Source of the DNA: a virus
Lineage: Duplodnaviria; Caudoviricetes
IMG/VR virus record: IMGVR_UViG_3300042465_004622
Span: 1 to 63,819 of that record
Strand: one strand, 5' to 3'
Length of the DNA stretch: 63,819 nt
The number at the start of each line of letters is the position of its first letter. The stretch's first letter is position 1. Positions 37,074 through 45,201 of this stretch are shown one piece after another. The notes beneath the pieces were generated by a model that worked only from the letters and a program-made list of their open reading frames with translations, was not told where the DNA came from and ran no database searches. Made by a program: the position numbers and the translations under genes.

Positions 37074-38092
37074 CCTGCATTTTGTTTTGCACGTTTGAAT
37101 CTTTCCAGATGGGCTTTTTCCGCAGCGAAGAACTCGGGCAGACGAGCACACTGGTATCCGTAAACCATCTCTCGGGCTTGCTGGAACGAGACGCCTGTCA
37201 GCTTGACTACCTCAGAAGCAACTGGGTTGATCGAAAGGCTTCTCTTCACGCCTGGGTATTGCCAGAAACCGGGAGGCGAGGTCGTGAGATCCAGAGGTTT
37301 GAAAATCGGATCGCAGGAAGCCAAAGACAAAGCTGCTCGGTCGCCAATGGCAGGCAGCACGACTTCTCCATTCGCGACGTGTTGAACTTCAGGCAATCCG
37401 GTAGCTTGAGGAAAGACGCAGTCAGGAAAGATGAGACTCGTCTCTTGGATTCGACGGTGCTTGAGTCCTTCAGCAATCGCTCCTGCGCTGCTCTGGTTTC
37501 CGATGAATAGCTCCGATCCTGCGATCAATTCCGCAACTTGGAGCAGGTTGTCAGTTTTGACGTGCTCCACTTTGCCATAGTCACGACAGAAGTAGTGATG
37601 TTCGTGATCTAGACCGACGAACAGAATCAAGTCTCGGTAGTGGTCGGCAATTTTCTGCCACGGGAAGGAGGCGTTCCGGTAGCGTTCTGTCAGGTTCACC
37701 ACGACTCGACCTTTGGACTCCTTCGAGGGTTTGGCCTTCAACCACGGTGTCGCTCCGGTTATCGTCAACCGAGACTGCTTGACCATGTTGTAGTGGTTCA
37801 GGTGAGCTTGCATCAGCGTCTCGCCTTCAGTGAAGTGCTTCAACCTGCGGAAGTCTTCGCTCTCCCAGTCAATCTTGTCATTAGCATCGAGGATCTTGAA
37901 CTCCTTGATGTAGTCCTGTTGAGCGACGAGCGGCTCCAGCAGCTTGAACAGTAGAACAGCTTTGTCGGCTGTCTTCGCTTTGGTCATCGTCGAGTGACGA
38001 ATGCCGAGCGAGTGCGGTCCTCCGGGAATGTGCTTCAGCAGATTCAGGAGGAAGACTACATCACCGCAATCACCTACAGAGGAGACCCACAT
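37070..38092 (-). CDS. GT-B fold glycosyltransferase (GT9/heptosyltransferase-like)
   Basis: GDCGDVV N-terminal motif; LLQVAELIAGSELFIGNQSS..AIAEGL. Confidence 0.75.
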   Translation of the reverse strand: MWVSSVGDCGDVVFLLNLLKHIPGGPHSLGIRHSTMTKAKTADKAVLLFKLLEPLVAQQDYIKEFKILDANDKIDWESEDFRRLKHFTEGETLMQAHLNHYNMVKQSRLTITGATPWLKAKPSKESKGRVVVNLTERYRNASFPWQKIADHYRDLILFVGLDHEHHYFCRDYGKVEHVKTDNLLQVAELIAGSELFIGNQSSAGAIAEGLKHRRIQETSLIFPDCVFPQATGLPEVQHVANGEVVLPAIGDRAALSLASCDPIFKPLDLTTSPPGFWQYPGVKRSLSINPVASEVVKLTGVSFQQAREMVYGYQCARLPEFFAAEKAHLERFKRAKQNAG

Positions 38093-38096
38093 ATAT

Positions 38097-38669
38097 TCAC
38101 GCCTTGAAGAAGATGAACGTCACTTGGGCCAGAGCATTCTGCATGGTCTGGTCGAGCGTCAAATCGTTGGTTTTGTTCAGCTTGTAGTGGTCTAGTTCGA
38201 GTCTGGCATCGACAAGCGTGAGTCCACAAGACAGACCCAGTTTCCGCATTTCACGCATCCCATAGAACGGGTGAGCTGGACGAACTTCAGGATCGACCAG
38301 ATCGAAACTGGCTTTGTGATCTCCGTTGTAAGGTGAAGGCCACTGACGGCGCTCGTAGAAAGTCCAAGATGGGACGTAGATGAGCATGTAGCCGCCTTCT
38401 TTCAAGACACGACTCCAGTTCTTCAGAGCGGTCGGGACATCGACCATGTGCTCAAGACAGTGACTGGATACGACAGCATCGAACTTCGCATCTTGAAGTG
38501 ACTCCAGATATTGAGCATCCCCGTCGCCTAGATCCCAGCCGACAACTTTAGTTGGATGAGGCAGCTTGATAGGGTCGGGGCCGCAGCCAATGTCGAGAAC
38601 GTCGCCTCGGAGGAAACTGTAGTCATCGTTGCGAAGTCGGGTGATGTGAGATTTAGATTGTTCGTTCAT
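38097..38669 (-). CDS. Class I SAM-dependent methyltransferase
   Basis: VLDIGCG, FDAVVSSHCLEH, RVLKEGG. Confidence 0.85.
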   Translation of the reverse strand: MNEQSKSHITRLRNDDYSFLRGDVLDIGCGPDPIKLPHPTKVVGWDLGDGDAQYLESLQDAKFDAVVSSHCLEHMVDVPTALKNWSRVLKEGGYMLIYVPSWTFYERRQWPSPYNGDHKASFDLVDPEVRPAHPFYGMREMRKLGLSCGLTLVDARLELDHYKLNKTNDLTLDQTMQNALAQVTFIFFKA

Positions 38670-38677
38670 TCGCTTTC

Positions 38678-38706
38678 AGGTTATCGAAGCTACCCCGTTT
38701 CGTCAA
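38678..38706 (-). promoter_or_regulatory. Sigma70-like promoter
   Basis: TTGACG-17nt-TAACCT; spacer ends GCTTCGA. Confidence 0.6.
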
Positions 38707-38708
38707 TG

Positions 38709-40622
38709 TTATTCTCCCCAGCCGCTGCCGTTTCCTCCGGTAGCCCAGCCAGCATCCCCGACAAGGTCGTCGCGGAAAGATGGCTTAGGCGGCGGGGCTG
38801 GCTCCCACCAAGGTAGTTGTGGTGGAGCTACTTTTGCTCTCTGAGCGGCTCTGGCGGCTGCGACGAACTTGTGTCGGCGACGGCAAATCTCGATGAGTCC
38901 TACCCATGAGTCGGCTCGGTCAGGACTGTGAACGCCTGTGCGCTTCTTCATGTCGTCCTTCGGCTCGACCTGAACTCGGTTTCCGCGCTCGGTGTAGGTG
39001 CGGTCGCACATCTCAGCCATGGTTTCAGCATCTAGACCTCGAATCTGTCCGCTCGCGACGAACTCTTTCCCGACATACCAAAGCTCGGAGACACGATTCA
39101 CGAAACGCTCTTTCCCCTTTCTCCTGTCTGTGGTGCTGACAATCATGTCCGAAGCCGCGCCGGAGAAGGAGACGAGTTGGAAGCCGTGACCCATCTTCAT
39201 CGCAAGGATGGTAGCAAACGGATCTCCGCCACCTGTGGCATCTGTCCCTCGGTCTTCGACGGCGACGTTCCTCTTCACGCACTCTGCGATGAATAGTTCA
39301 GCAAGCTGCTCGTTTCGGTCCTTCGTCTTATGTCTGGCGTCCACCTGTCTCATCAGGTCGAGTGTGTCTGTCTTCAGGAGGATCTGGCGGTTGGCTCCGT
39401 TGATCTGAGCGACACCGAAAAGACCGAAACTGGCTGCGGCGGCATCCCCACCTTTGGAGAATGAGGGGTCTAGGAATGCGACAGGAGTTGGTTTGTAGAG
39501 CCATTGATTGACTCCGTGAGCGCACAGATTCGCAGACAGTTCTGGCTCCGAATAAATAGTGTCCGTGGCTCCCGTGGGGCACGGGAACGACTTCACCATT
39601 CGATAATATCCTGGGGAACGTGGGCCGAAACGCGCTTTGATCTCATCCAAGCCTTCTTGAGTAAGCAGCCCTGGGTAAACCTGTTTCCCTGCTCGCACGT
39701 TCGGTGATAGCTCCCCGTCGAAACGAATGCAGAAGCCGTTGACTTTGGTGCGCCACTCGAAGGTATTCTCGTCAACACTGTTCCACCCTCCGGCTGGCTC
39801 ACAGAAGAGTCCCATTGGGTCGAATTGGGAGCTGAAGTTACCAGAAGCCAGCATCTTGAACCCGTCATTCGCCATCAAGTTCGAGGTAGCATCGTAGAGC
39901 GCATGAGTCAGGAGTGGAAGCTCATCAGCTAGCAACAAGAGGTTCTTGGCTTTGAAACCGATGAGGCTGCTGACATCATCGTTACCTTTTCCACCAGCTA
40001 CCAGCGCAATACCGACGAGATCGTTGGCCTTTCCTTCCTGCGTGAGACCTGTGATCTTACCTGCGGAGGACACCAGTTTCCCTGGCATCATCGGCGGCAG
40101 TTTCAGAAAGGCGTAGAGAGAATTGAAGTAGCGAGAGGCTTCATTCCACATTCGCTCCACCTCGCCCCAAACTCGGTTTCGAGAGTCTTTGAGAGATGTG
40201 GAGGTGATGAGGACTTTCGTGTTCTCGGGGAAGATCAGGAACGTGCAAACCGCGTACATGGACAAGAACGCCGACTTACCGGAACTGGCGTGACCTGAAA
40301 TAGCCATCAGTTTCTCGTCTCGGACGTGTCGCAAGATCGTCTCTGAGTAAGGATTCCAATGCCACTTGAAGGGCCAATCTGCTCGACCGAGAACGTGGTT
40401 CACGAACAGCTTGAAGTGCTCTTCCCAGAGCAGCAAGTCAGCCCCAGGTAGGCGTGAAATCTTGTCGTAGTCGCGCAGGATCTGCATCTCGATCATCACA
40501 TCCGGCAACTGAGCATGGAGCCGACCTGTGTTCTGATCACAGATCGGATTCCATTTTATCCCGTATCGCAGTCGTTTAGCTGAATCCGGTATTGGCGGAC
40601 GTTTTGGAGGAGACTTGATCAT
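38709..40622 (-). CDS. terL: Terminase large subunit
   Basis: Walker A GHASSGKS, Walker B LLLADE, coupling motif ASGN, RNase H-like AFLDPS, DATGGG, SPDRADS. Confidence 0.85.
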   Translation of the reverse strand: MIKSPPKRPPIPDSAKRLRYGIKWNPICDQNTGRLHAQLPDVMIEMQILRDYDKISRLPGADLLLWEEHFKLFVNHVLGRADWPFKWHWNPYSETILRHVRDEKLMAISGHASSGKSAFLSMYAVCTFLIFPENTKVLITSTSLKDSRNRVWGEVERMWNEASRYFNSLYAFLKLPPMMPGKLVSSAGKITGLTQEGKANDLVGIALVAGGKGNDDVSSLIGFKAKNLLLLADELPLLTHALYDATSNLMANDGFKMLASGNFSSQFDPMGLFCEPAGGWNSVDENTFEWRTKVNGFCIRFDGELSPNVRAGKQVYPGLLTQEGLDEIKARFGPRSPGYYRMVKSFPCPTGATDTIYSEPELSANLCAHGVNQWLYKPTPVAFLDPSFSKGGDAAAASFGLFGVAQINGANRQILLKTDTLDLMRQVDARHKTKDRNEQLAELFIAECVKRNVAVEDRGTDATGGGDPFATILAMKMGHGFQLVSFSGAASDMIVSTTDRRKGKERFVNRVSELWYVGKEFVASGQIRGLDAETMAEMCDRTYTERGNRVQVEPKDDMKKRTGVHSPDRADSWVGLIEICRRRHKFVAAARAAQRAKVAPPQLPWWEPAPPPKPSFRDDLVGDAGWATGGNGSGWGE

Positions 40623-40628
40623 AACGTG

Positions 40629-41261
40629 TTAGTAAGCCCACTTAGCATCTCCGAGTATTTCATCAGAGTCGGACCACCATTCATCCCACTGGTTGTTACT
40701 AGCTGCGTCCCATGCCGGAATGTTAGAGGCAGCATCCTTTTTCGTCAGGGACACAGGCAACCACTTGATGCGGTTGTTTGGATAGATGGCAAGTTGCCCG
40801 TTCTCCAGTTTCAGGACGTTGGCCTCCTTGTGCTCTTCAAGCAGTTCAGAGTCGCCGATGTCCAGCAAGCCGTTAGCTTGTCCTTCTGGTAGGTAGTCAA
40901 TGGTGAACCAGTAGTGTCCGTTGGCTGGGGCGTGGCCTTTGCCTAAGTTGACCAGCACTGGAACGTCGGAGAGTTGGTCTTTGCGCCAGACTTCGATGGA
41001 GCCCGATAAGCATTCCCACATTTGCACCTTGTGCAACGGCAGCGCTTTCACGTCGTCCTCCGGTTCATACCAGTAGAGGCAGTGCGGCGGAACTTTGTCA
41101 AAGCAGGCAGCATATTTATCCACCCACACTTGAAAGCAGAGTGGCCGATTACGCATAGCACGAACTGATAGCAGCCACGCAGGTTCGTATTCAGTTGCTA
41201 ATCCTCCGAACGCATCACAGCGAACAAAGACACGGGCTTTTGGACAATTTACATTTCTCAT
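40629..41261 (-). CDS. Conserved phage hypothetical protein
   Basis: YWFTID..EHK..LENGQLAIYPNNRI pattern. Confidence 0.65.
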   Translation of the reverse strand: MRNVNCPKARVFVRCDAFGGLATEYEPAWLLSVRAMRNRPLCFQVWVDKYAACFDKVPPHCLYWYEPEDDVKALPLHKVQMWECLSGSIEVWRKDQLSDVPVLVNLGKGHAPANGHYWFTIDYLPEGQANGLLDIGDSELLEEHKEANVLKLENGQLAIYPNNRIKWLPVSLTKKDAASNIPAWDAASNNQWDEWWSDSDEILGDAKWAY

Positions 41262-41731
41262 TGTTGATCTCCTTCCATTTCACTTCCTAAAGTTCCATAA
41301 CCGATGATGTCCACCCAGTTGTCGCGTTTGGCACTCGTCACACCTCGGGAGATTTTCAGAAGGATCATCATCGAAGCTACATCTTTCGGGGTGAATTGCA
41401 CGCCTTTGTAGGTGCTCCAGAAGTCCGCGATGCGTTGGAAGCTGGCTCGAGCCTCGCCGTAGCTCTCTGCTCGATCACCACGAATCAGATCGCGTGCCTC
41501 TTCAAGCACATCTGTCGTCGTGTCTGGTGGTGTGTAGCCTGCGGGTAAGGTGACGTTGAGAGGGATGGCGTAGTAAGAGCCTTTGCCCGGAATAGCAGTA
41601 GTGATACCACCAGCCCATACTTCGTTTGAAGATGACCAGAACAGTGATCCGGGCGGCAGGGTTTGCCAGTGCTTCGGACCTGTGTACAAGATATGTGTCG
41701 ATGGAGGTGTCGGTATTTTTTCTTCACTCAT
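41258..41731 (-). CDS. DUF6378-like protein
   Basis: VLEEARDLIRGDRAESYG..RIADFWS..MMILLKISR..DNWVDIIGY. Confidence 0.75.
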   Translation of the reverse strand: MSEEKIPTPPSTHILYTGPKHWQTLPPGSLFWSSSNEVWAGGITTAIPGKGSYYAIPLNVTLPAGYTPPDTTTDVLEEARDLIRGDRAESYGEARASFQRIADFWSTYKGVQFTPKDVASMMILLKISRGVTSAKRDNWVDIIGYGTLGSEMEGDQQ

Positions 41732-41736
41732 ATTAA

Positions 41737-42024
41737 TTAAAAGGGTTCGTTTTCTTCTTTCTCCCGCTGACGTTTCAGGTCAGCAACATTTTTCTTTTTG
41801 TGGCACTTGTGACGACAGAGCAACTGGAGGTTTCCTTCTTGATGCTGGCGTCGATAGAAACTGATTCGTCTCGCTGTGTCTAATCGGTGGTGGGCGTCTC
41901 CTTGCGGTATGATGCAGTCGAAATCGAGATGTTTGTCGGTTCCGCACTCGACGCAGGCACCTCCTAGCTTGAACAAAAGTTCAAACTTAGCTTTTCTAGC
42001 CCACTCTTTCTGTCTCTTAGCCAT
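41737..42024 (-). CDS. Small HNH-like Zn-finger nuclease
   Basis: LGGACVECG..LDFDCI..NLQLLC..CH. Confidence 0.7.
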   Translation of the reverse strand: MAKRQKEWARKAKFELLFKLGGACVECGTDKHLDFDCIIPQGDAHHRLDTARRISFYRRQHQEGNLQLLCRHKCHKKKNVADLKRQREKEENEPF

Positions 42025-42271
42025 CGACCGCTCTGAGCAAGGCTCTAGCTTCTGAGGGTTTCAAGGAGGCTGTGTTGTAAGTGACCGACACAACTCGGGA
42101 CATTTTCATCTTGGCTTTGTCAGCCAGTTCGCGAATACGCATCTCTTTCTTTCCTCGTCCTCGGTTGATCCGATTGACGATCTCCTTTTGGAGTTTTTCA
42201 ATTTCATCGAGAAGAGAGTCATACTCGCGGGACAGTTTAGTGAATGATTTAAGCAGTTTGTCAGTGGTCAT
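42017..42271 (-). CDS. Hypothetical basic protein, possibly HTH
   Basis: Coiled coil followed by MRIRELADKAKM. Confidence 0.55.
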   Translation of the reverse strand: MTTDKLLKSFTKLSREYDSLLDEIEKLQKEIVNRINRGRGKKEMRIRELADKAKMKMSRVVSVTYNTASLKPSEARALLRAVDG

Positions 42272-42274
42272 AGG

Positions 42275-43708
42275 TTAGCAAAAGTCCTCTTCGTGTTTTA
42301 TGGTTAGGGGTTTTTTAGCAACCGTACCTTCGCGATACGATTCCAAAAGCTGTAGGGCGGTGAGTAGTCGATCTTCAGTGACCTTCTTCTCCTCAATCAC
42401 GGTAGCGACGGCGAAATCGACTGTGTCTGGGACCATGAGGCGGTACACCGTAACGACGGTGTCTTGTCCTCGTCGGTCGAGACGGGCTATCATCTGCTCG
42501 TAGTCCTCGCGGCTATAGGTGAGAGTCATCCAGACGAGCGTATTGCCTCCATGCTGAAGGTTGAGTCCGTGGCCGACACTCTTGGGATGCGCTACGAGGA
42601 CGGGGATTTTCTTGTTGTTCCAGTCTTCCAACAACTGTTTCTGTGAGGTCTGGTTCTTGGCGTCAGCGAAGAACCTAGCCTGTGGGAACGCTTTACGCAG
42701 TCGCTCCTGTTCGTGTCTGAAGGCACAAGCAACTAGGACAGGCCCATCTGTCTGCTTGATGATCTTCTCCAGAGCTTTGATCTTCAGGTCGTGGATGTCA
42801 TGCCACTTGCTGTCCGCATCGTAGATACTGCCTGACGTGAATTGAAGCAACTTGGCGACCAGAGCAGCAGCGTTCGGTGCTGTGATCTCAGCGGACTTCA
42901 GTTGCAGAACCAACTCCTTCTCAAACTCTTTGTAGTCGTGGACGAGGTTTGGAGACAGTTTTACCTCCACATCTTCAACCACAGTCTCAGGCAGATTGAG
43001 CCAATCTTTCGAGCGAAGTGTGAGAGTGATGTCAGCGAGACGGTTCTCGATGGCTTCGTTGGAGCCAGGCAGTTCCTTCCACTTGTAGCCTCCGTACCCT
43101 GTTTGCTTGAAATAGGTCTGCTTGAAGTGCTCGAAGGCTCGTCCAAGACGTTTGCCATTATCGACGAACCGAGCTTGAGCGAAGAGATCAAGGAGGGAGT
43201 TAGGCGCAGGGGTGCCCGTAAGCGCCCAGATTCTTTTGTGTTGATCATGTGGTATTTCTCGTCTATAAAGATTCGCCCTACGCCCCGTAGGGTTTTTCAG
43301 CTTAGTACTTTCATCTATGATTGTCAGGTCAAACGGGAGTCCTAGCCCCATGCTCCTCCGAGTCTTTACCAACTCTACGAGCTTGGGGATGGACTCGTAG
43401 TTGCAGACGTAAATGTGAGCTTGGTTGCGTAGGAATGCACGCTTGCCAGCCGGAGAGCGTAGATTCGCCACTTTCATCCACTTGAAGTCATCCCAGCGCT
43501 CGACCTCTAGAGGCCAAGTCAGGTTGGCTACACGCATAGGAGCCAGCACCAGAGCGCCGATGGTTTTCTTCTGATGGAACAGCTTGTTGAGAGCTGACAA
43601 GGTCGCGGCGGTCTTACCAATACCGACACCGACGAAGCCGAGAGCGTGGTCGTGTTCGAGCAGGTGCTTGGTGAGCAGATCCTGGGGTTCTGAGGAGGGG
43701 AACTTCAT
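42275..43708 (-). CDS. SNF2-family helicase
   Basis: GVGIGKT, IIDEST, LTGTP, GHGLNLQ, QMIARLDRRGQ; ends ...HEEDFC*. Confidence 0.92.
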   Translation of the reverse strand: MKFPSSEPQDLLTKHLLEHDHALGFVGVGIGKTAATLSALNKLFHQKKTIGALVLAPMRVANLTWPLEVERWDDFKWMKVANLRSPAGKRAFLRNQAHIYVCNYESIPKLVELVKTRRSMGLGLPFDLTIIDESTKLKNPTGRRANLYRREIPHDQHKRIWALTGTPAPNSLLDLFAQARFVDNGKRLGRAFEHFKQTYFKQTGYGGYKWKELPGSNEAIENRLADITLTLRSKDWLNLPETVVEDVEVKLSPNLVHDYKEFEKELVLQLKSAEITAPNAAALVAKLLQFTSGSIYDADSKWHDIHDLKIKALEKIIKQTDGPVLVACAFRHEQERLRKAFPQARFFADAKNQTSQKQLLEDWNNKKIPVLVAHPKSVGHGLNLQHGGNTLVWMTLTYSREDYEQMIARLDRRGQDTVVTVYRLMVPDTVDFAVATVIEEKKVTEDRLLTALQLLESYREGTVAKKPLTIKHEEDFC

Positions 43709-44022
43709 CAGCAGAAATCAGTTTTCTTTTCCAGCAGTTTCAGAATGAAGTATTGTCCATCCTCGACGTTGTCACACCAATCGGCGTCGCATTTCATGGA
43801 CCGCAGTTTTCTGATCTCATTCGTCTGTAGGGTAGTTGGTTCTTTACCAGCAGCCTTCACTTCGAGGAACCCGATCACGCCTTGCGGGGTGATGATCATC
43901 CGGTCTGGGACGGCTCGGCGTGCTGGGGAAGTGAACTTCAGATACAGGCAACCGTGCTTCTTGGCGAAGTCACCGATCTTGCGTTCGATGTCTTTTTCAA
44001 GTTGTGGGCCGATAGGTTTCAT
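43708..44022 (-). CDS. VRR-NUC domain nuclease
   Basis: EKDIE..KFTSP..VPDR..FLEVK..LQ; ends ...KTDFC*. Confidence 0.88.
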   Translation of the reverse strand: MKPIGPQLEKDIERKIGDFAKKHGCLYLKFTSPARRAVPDRMIITPQGVIGFLEVKAAGKEPTTLQTNEIRKLRSMKCDADWCDNVEDGQYFILKLLEKKTDFC

Positions 44023-44333
44023 TATTGGGCCTGCTCCTCCGTCGGTTTTTCTTTCTTAGATACCGATACGGACAAACTATCAGCCACTAATCTACCTATA
44101 GCGTTGCCTATAAGAGTGTTGTAGTTGGATTTATTTAGAAACCGATAGATGTGGTCGCGAAGCATCTCATCCAGAGTTTTCGTACAGAAATCGTCGATGT
44201 TCATCTCGTTTACTCTTCGGGTGAGTTCCTCGATTATCGTTTTCCTGAATAGCTCTACATCGCACGGGACAAAACGGTCGAGCATTTCGTTTGTGAGTAC
44301 TTCTGGCAATCTGACTTTAGTAGGTTGTTTCAT
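44022..44333 (-). CDS. Hypothetical protein bounded by ~35-bp direct repeats
   Basis: ORF from MKQPT; visibly more AT-rich than its neighbours. Confidence 0.6.
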   Translation of the reverse strand: MKQPTKVRLPEVLTNEMLDRFVPCDVELFRKTIIEELTRRVNEMNIDDFCTKTLDEMLRDHIYRFLNKSNYNTLIGNAIGRLVADSLSVSVSKKEKPTEEQAQ

Positions 44334-44364
44334 GGATGTTTTTTTAGTTGTGGGCCGATTGGTT

Positions 44365-44538
44365 TCATGGTCTTGCCTCCTCGACTCGGGCGTTCTTCTC
44401 CAGGCGTTCGAGCCACTCAGGAGCAGCGAGTCTGGCGAACACGTAGGACGCCAGAGCGAATGTGACTCCAAGCAGAAACATAGCTGGGAAGAACGACGCG
44501 ATAATGTCGTTGAGTTGTTGGCGGAGGTCGGGTTTCAC
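44365..44538 (-). CDS. 57-aa single-TM protein (not in the ORF track)
   Basis: GTG start overlaps the upstream TGA; MKPDLRQQLNDIIASFFPAMFLLGVTFALASYVFARLAAPEWLERLEKNARVEEARP*. Confidence 0.6.
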   Translation of the reverse strand: MKPDLRQQLNDIIASFFPAMFLLGVTFALASYVFARLAAPEWLERLEKNARVEEARP

Positions 44539-45146
44539 AGGATCAGTTCGCCTTGAAGTTTGTCCATCTCTGCCTGCTTCTCAGCAGCGCATAACTCCTG
44601 AAAGCAAGGGAACAGGATCAGGTGGTTCACCTGCGAGATGGCGTCGTCGAGAGCATTGTGGTGGGTGCCTGTGCGCTTGGGCATCTTGATGTGTGGATAC
44701 ATCGCTTTCAGGGTGCGGTAGCAGCGGTCGTTGTAGAACTTCCACGGAGCCTGCATCCCGACTGCGTCGTAAGCAGCTTTCAGGATCACATTGTCGAAGT
44801 TGGCTCCGTTGCCCCAGAGGTGGACGACTGCGCAGTTGTGCTCATTCCGTGCCTTGGCGTCTTCGTTGTCGCACCAGATGCCGAACTGCGTGAGTGCATA
44901 ACTGAGTTCAACCGACTCCTTCTGGAACTCGGAGCGAGCCTCGTCCGATTGTTTCATCCACCACTTGATCGTCTCGGTGTCGATGAGCATACCCGCGTCA
45001 ACACAGCTCTGCATGTCAATACGCATGTAGAAGGGGGTGCCGTAGGTGCCACGTTCGTCGAACTTGGTAGCTCCGATGGAGGTGATGACGGAGCCGGGGC
45101 GGGTGCCGAGGGTCTCCGTATCTAACATACAATGTGTTGGTCTCAT
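44535..45146 (-). CDS. DEDDh 3'-5' exonuclease
   Basis: MLDTETLG, WGNGANFD, RCYRT, HHNALDDA. Confidence 0.88.
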   Translation of the reverse strand: MRPTHCMLDTETLGTRPGSVITSIGATKFDERGTYGTPFYMRIDMQSCVDAGMLIDTETIKWWMKQSDEARSEFQKESVELSYALTQFGIWCDNEDAKARNEHNCAVVHLWGNGANFDNVILKAAYDAVGMQAPWKFYNDRCYRTLKAMYPHIKMPKRTGTHHNALDDAISQVNHLILFPCFQELCAAEKQAEMDKLQGELIL

Positions 45147-45169
45147 AATTGTGTGGGGTTGAGGTGGCA

Positions 45170-45198
45170 GAGTTATTTCAGTTTCTCGAAACTGTCCA
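45170..45198 (-). promoter_or_regulatory. Sigma70-like promoter with a near-palindromic spacer
   Basis: TGGACA-17nt-TAACTC; spacer contains GTTTCGAGAAAC. Confidence 0.45.
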
Positions 45199-45201
45199 GT
45201 T

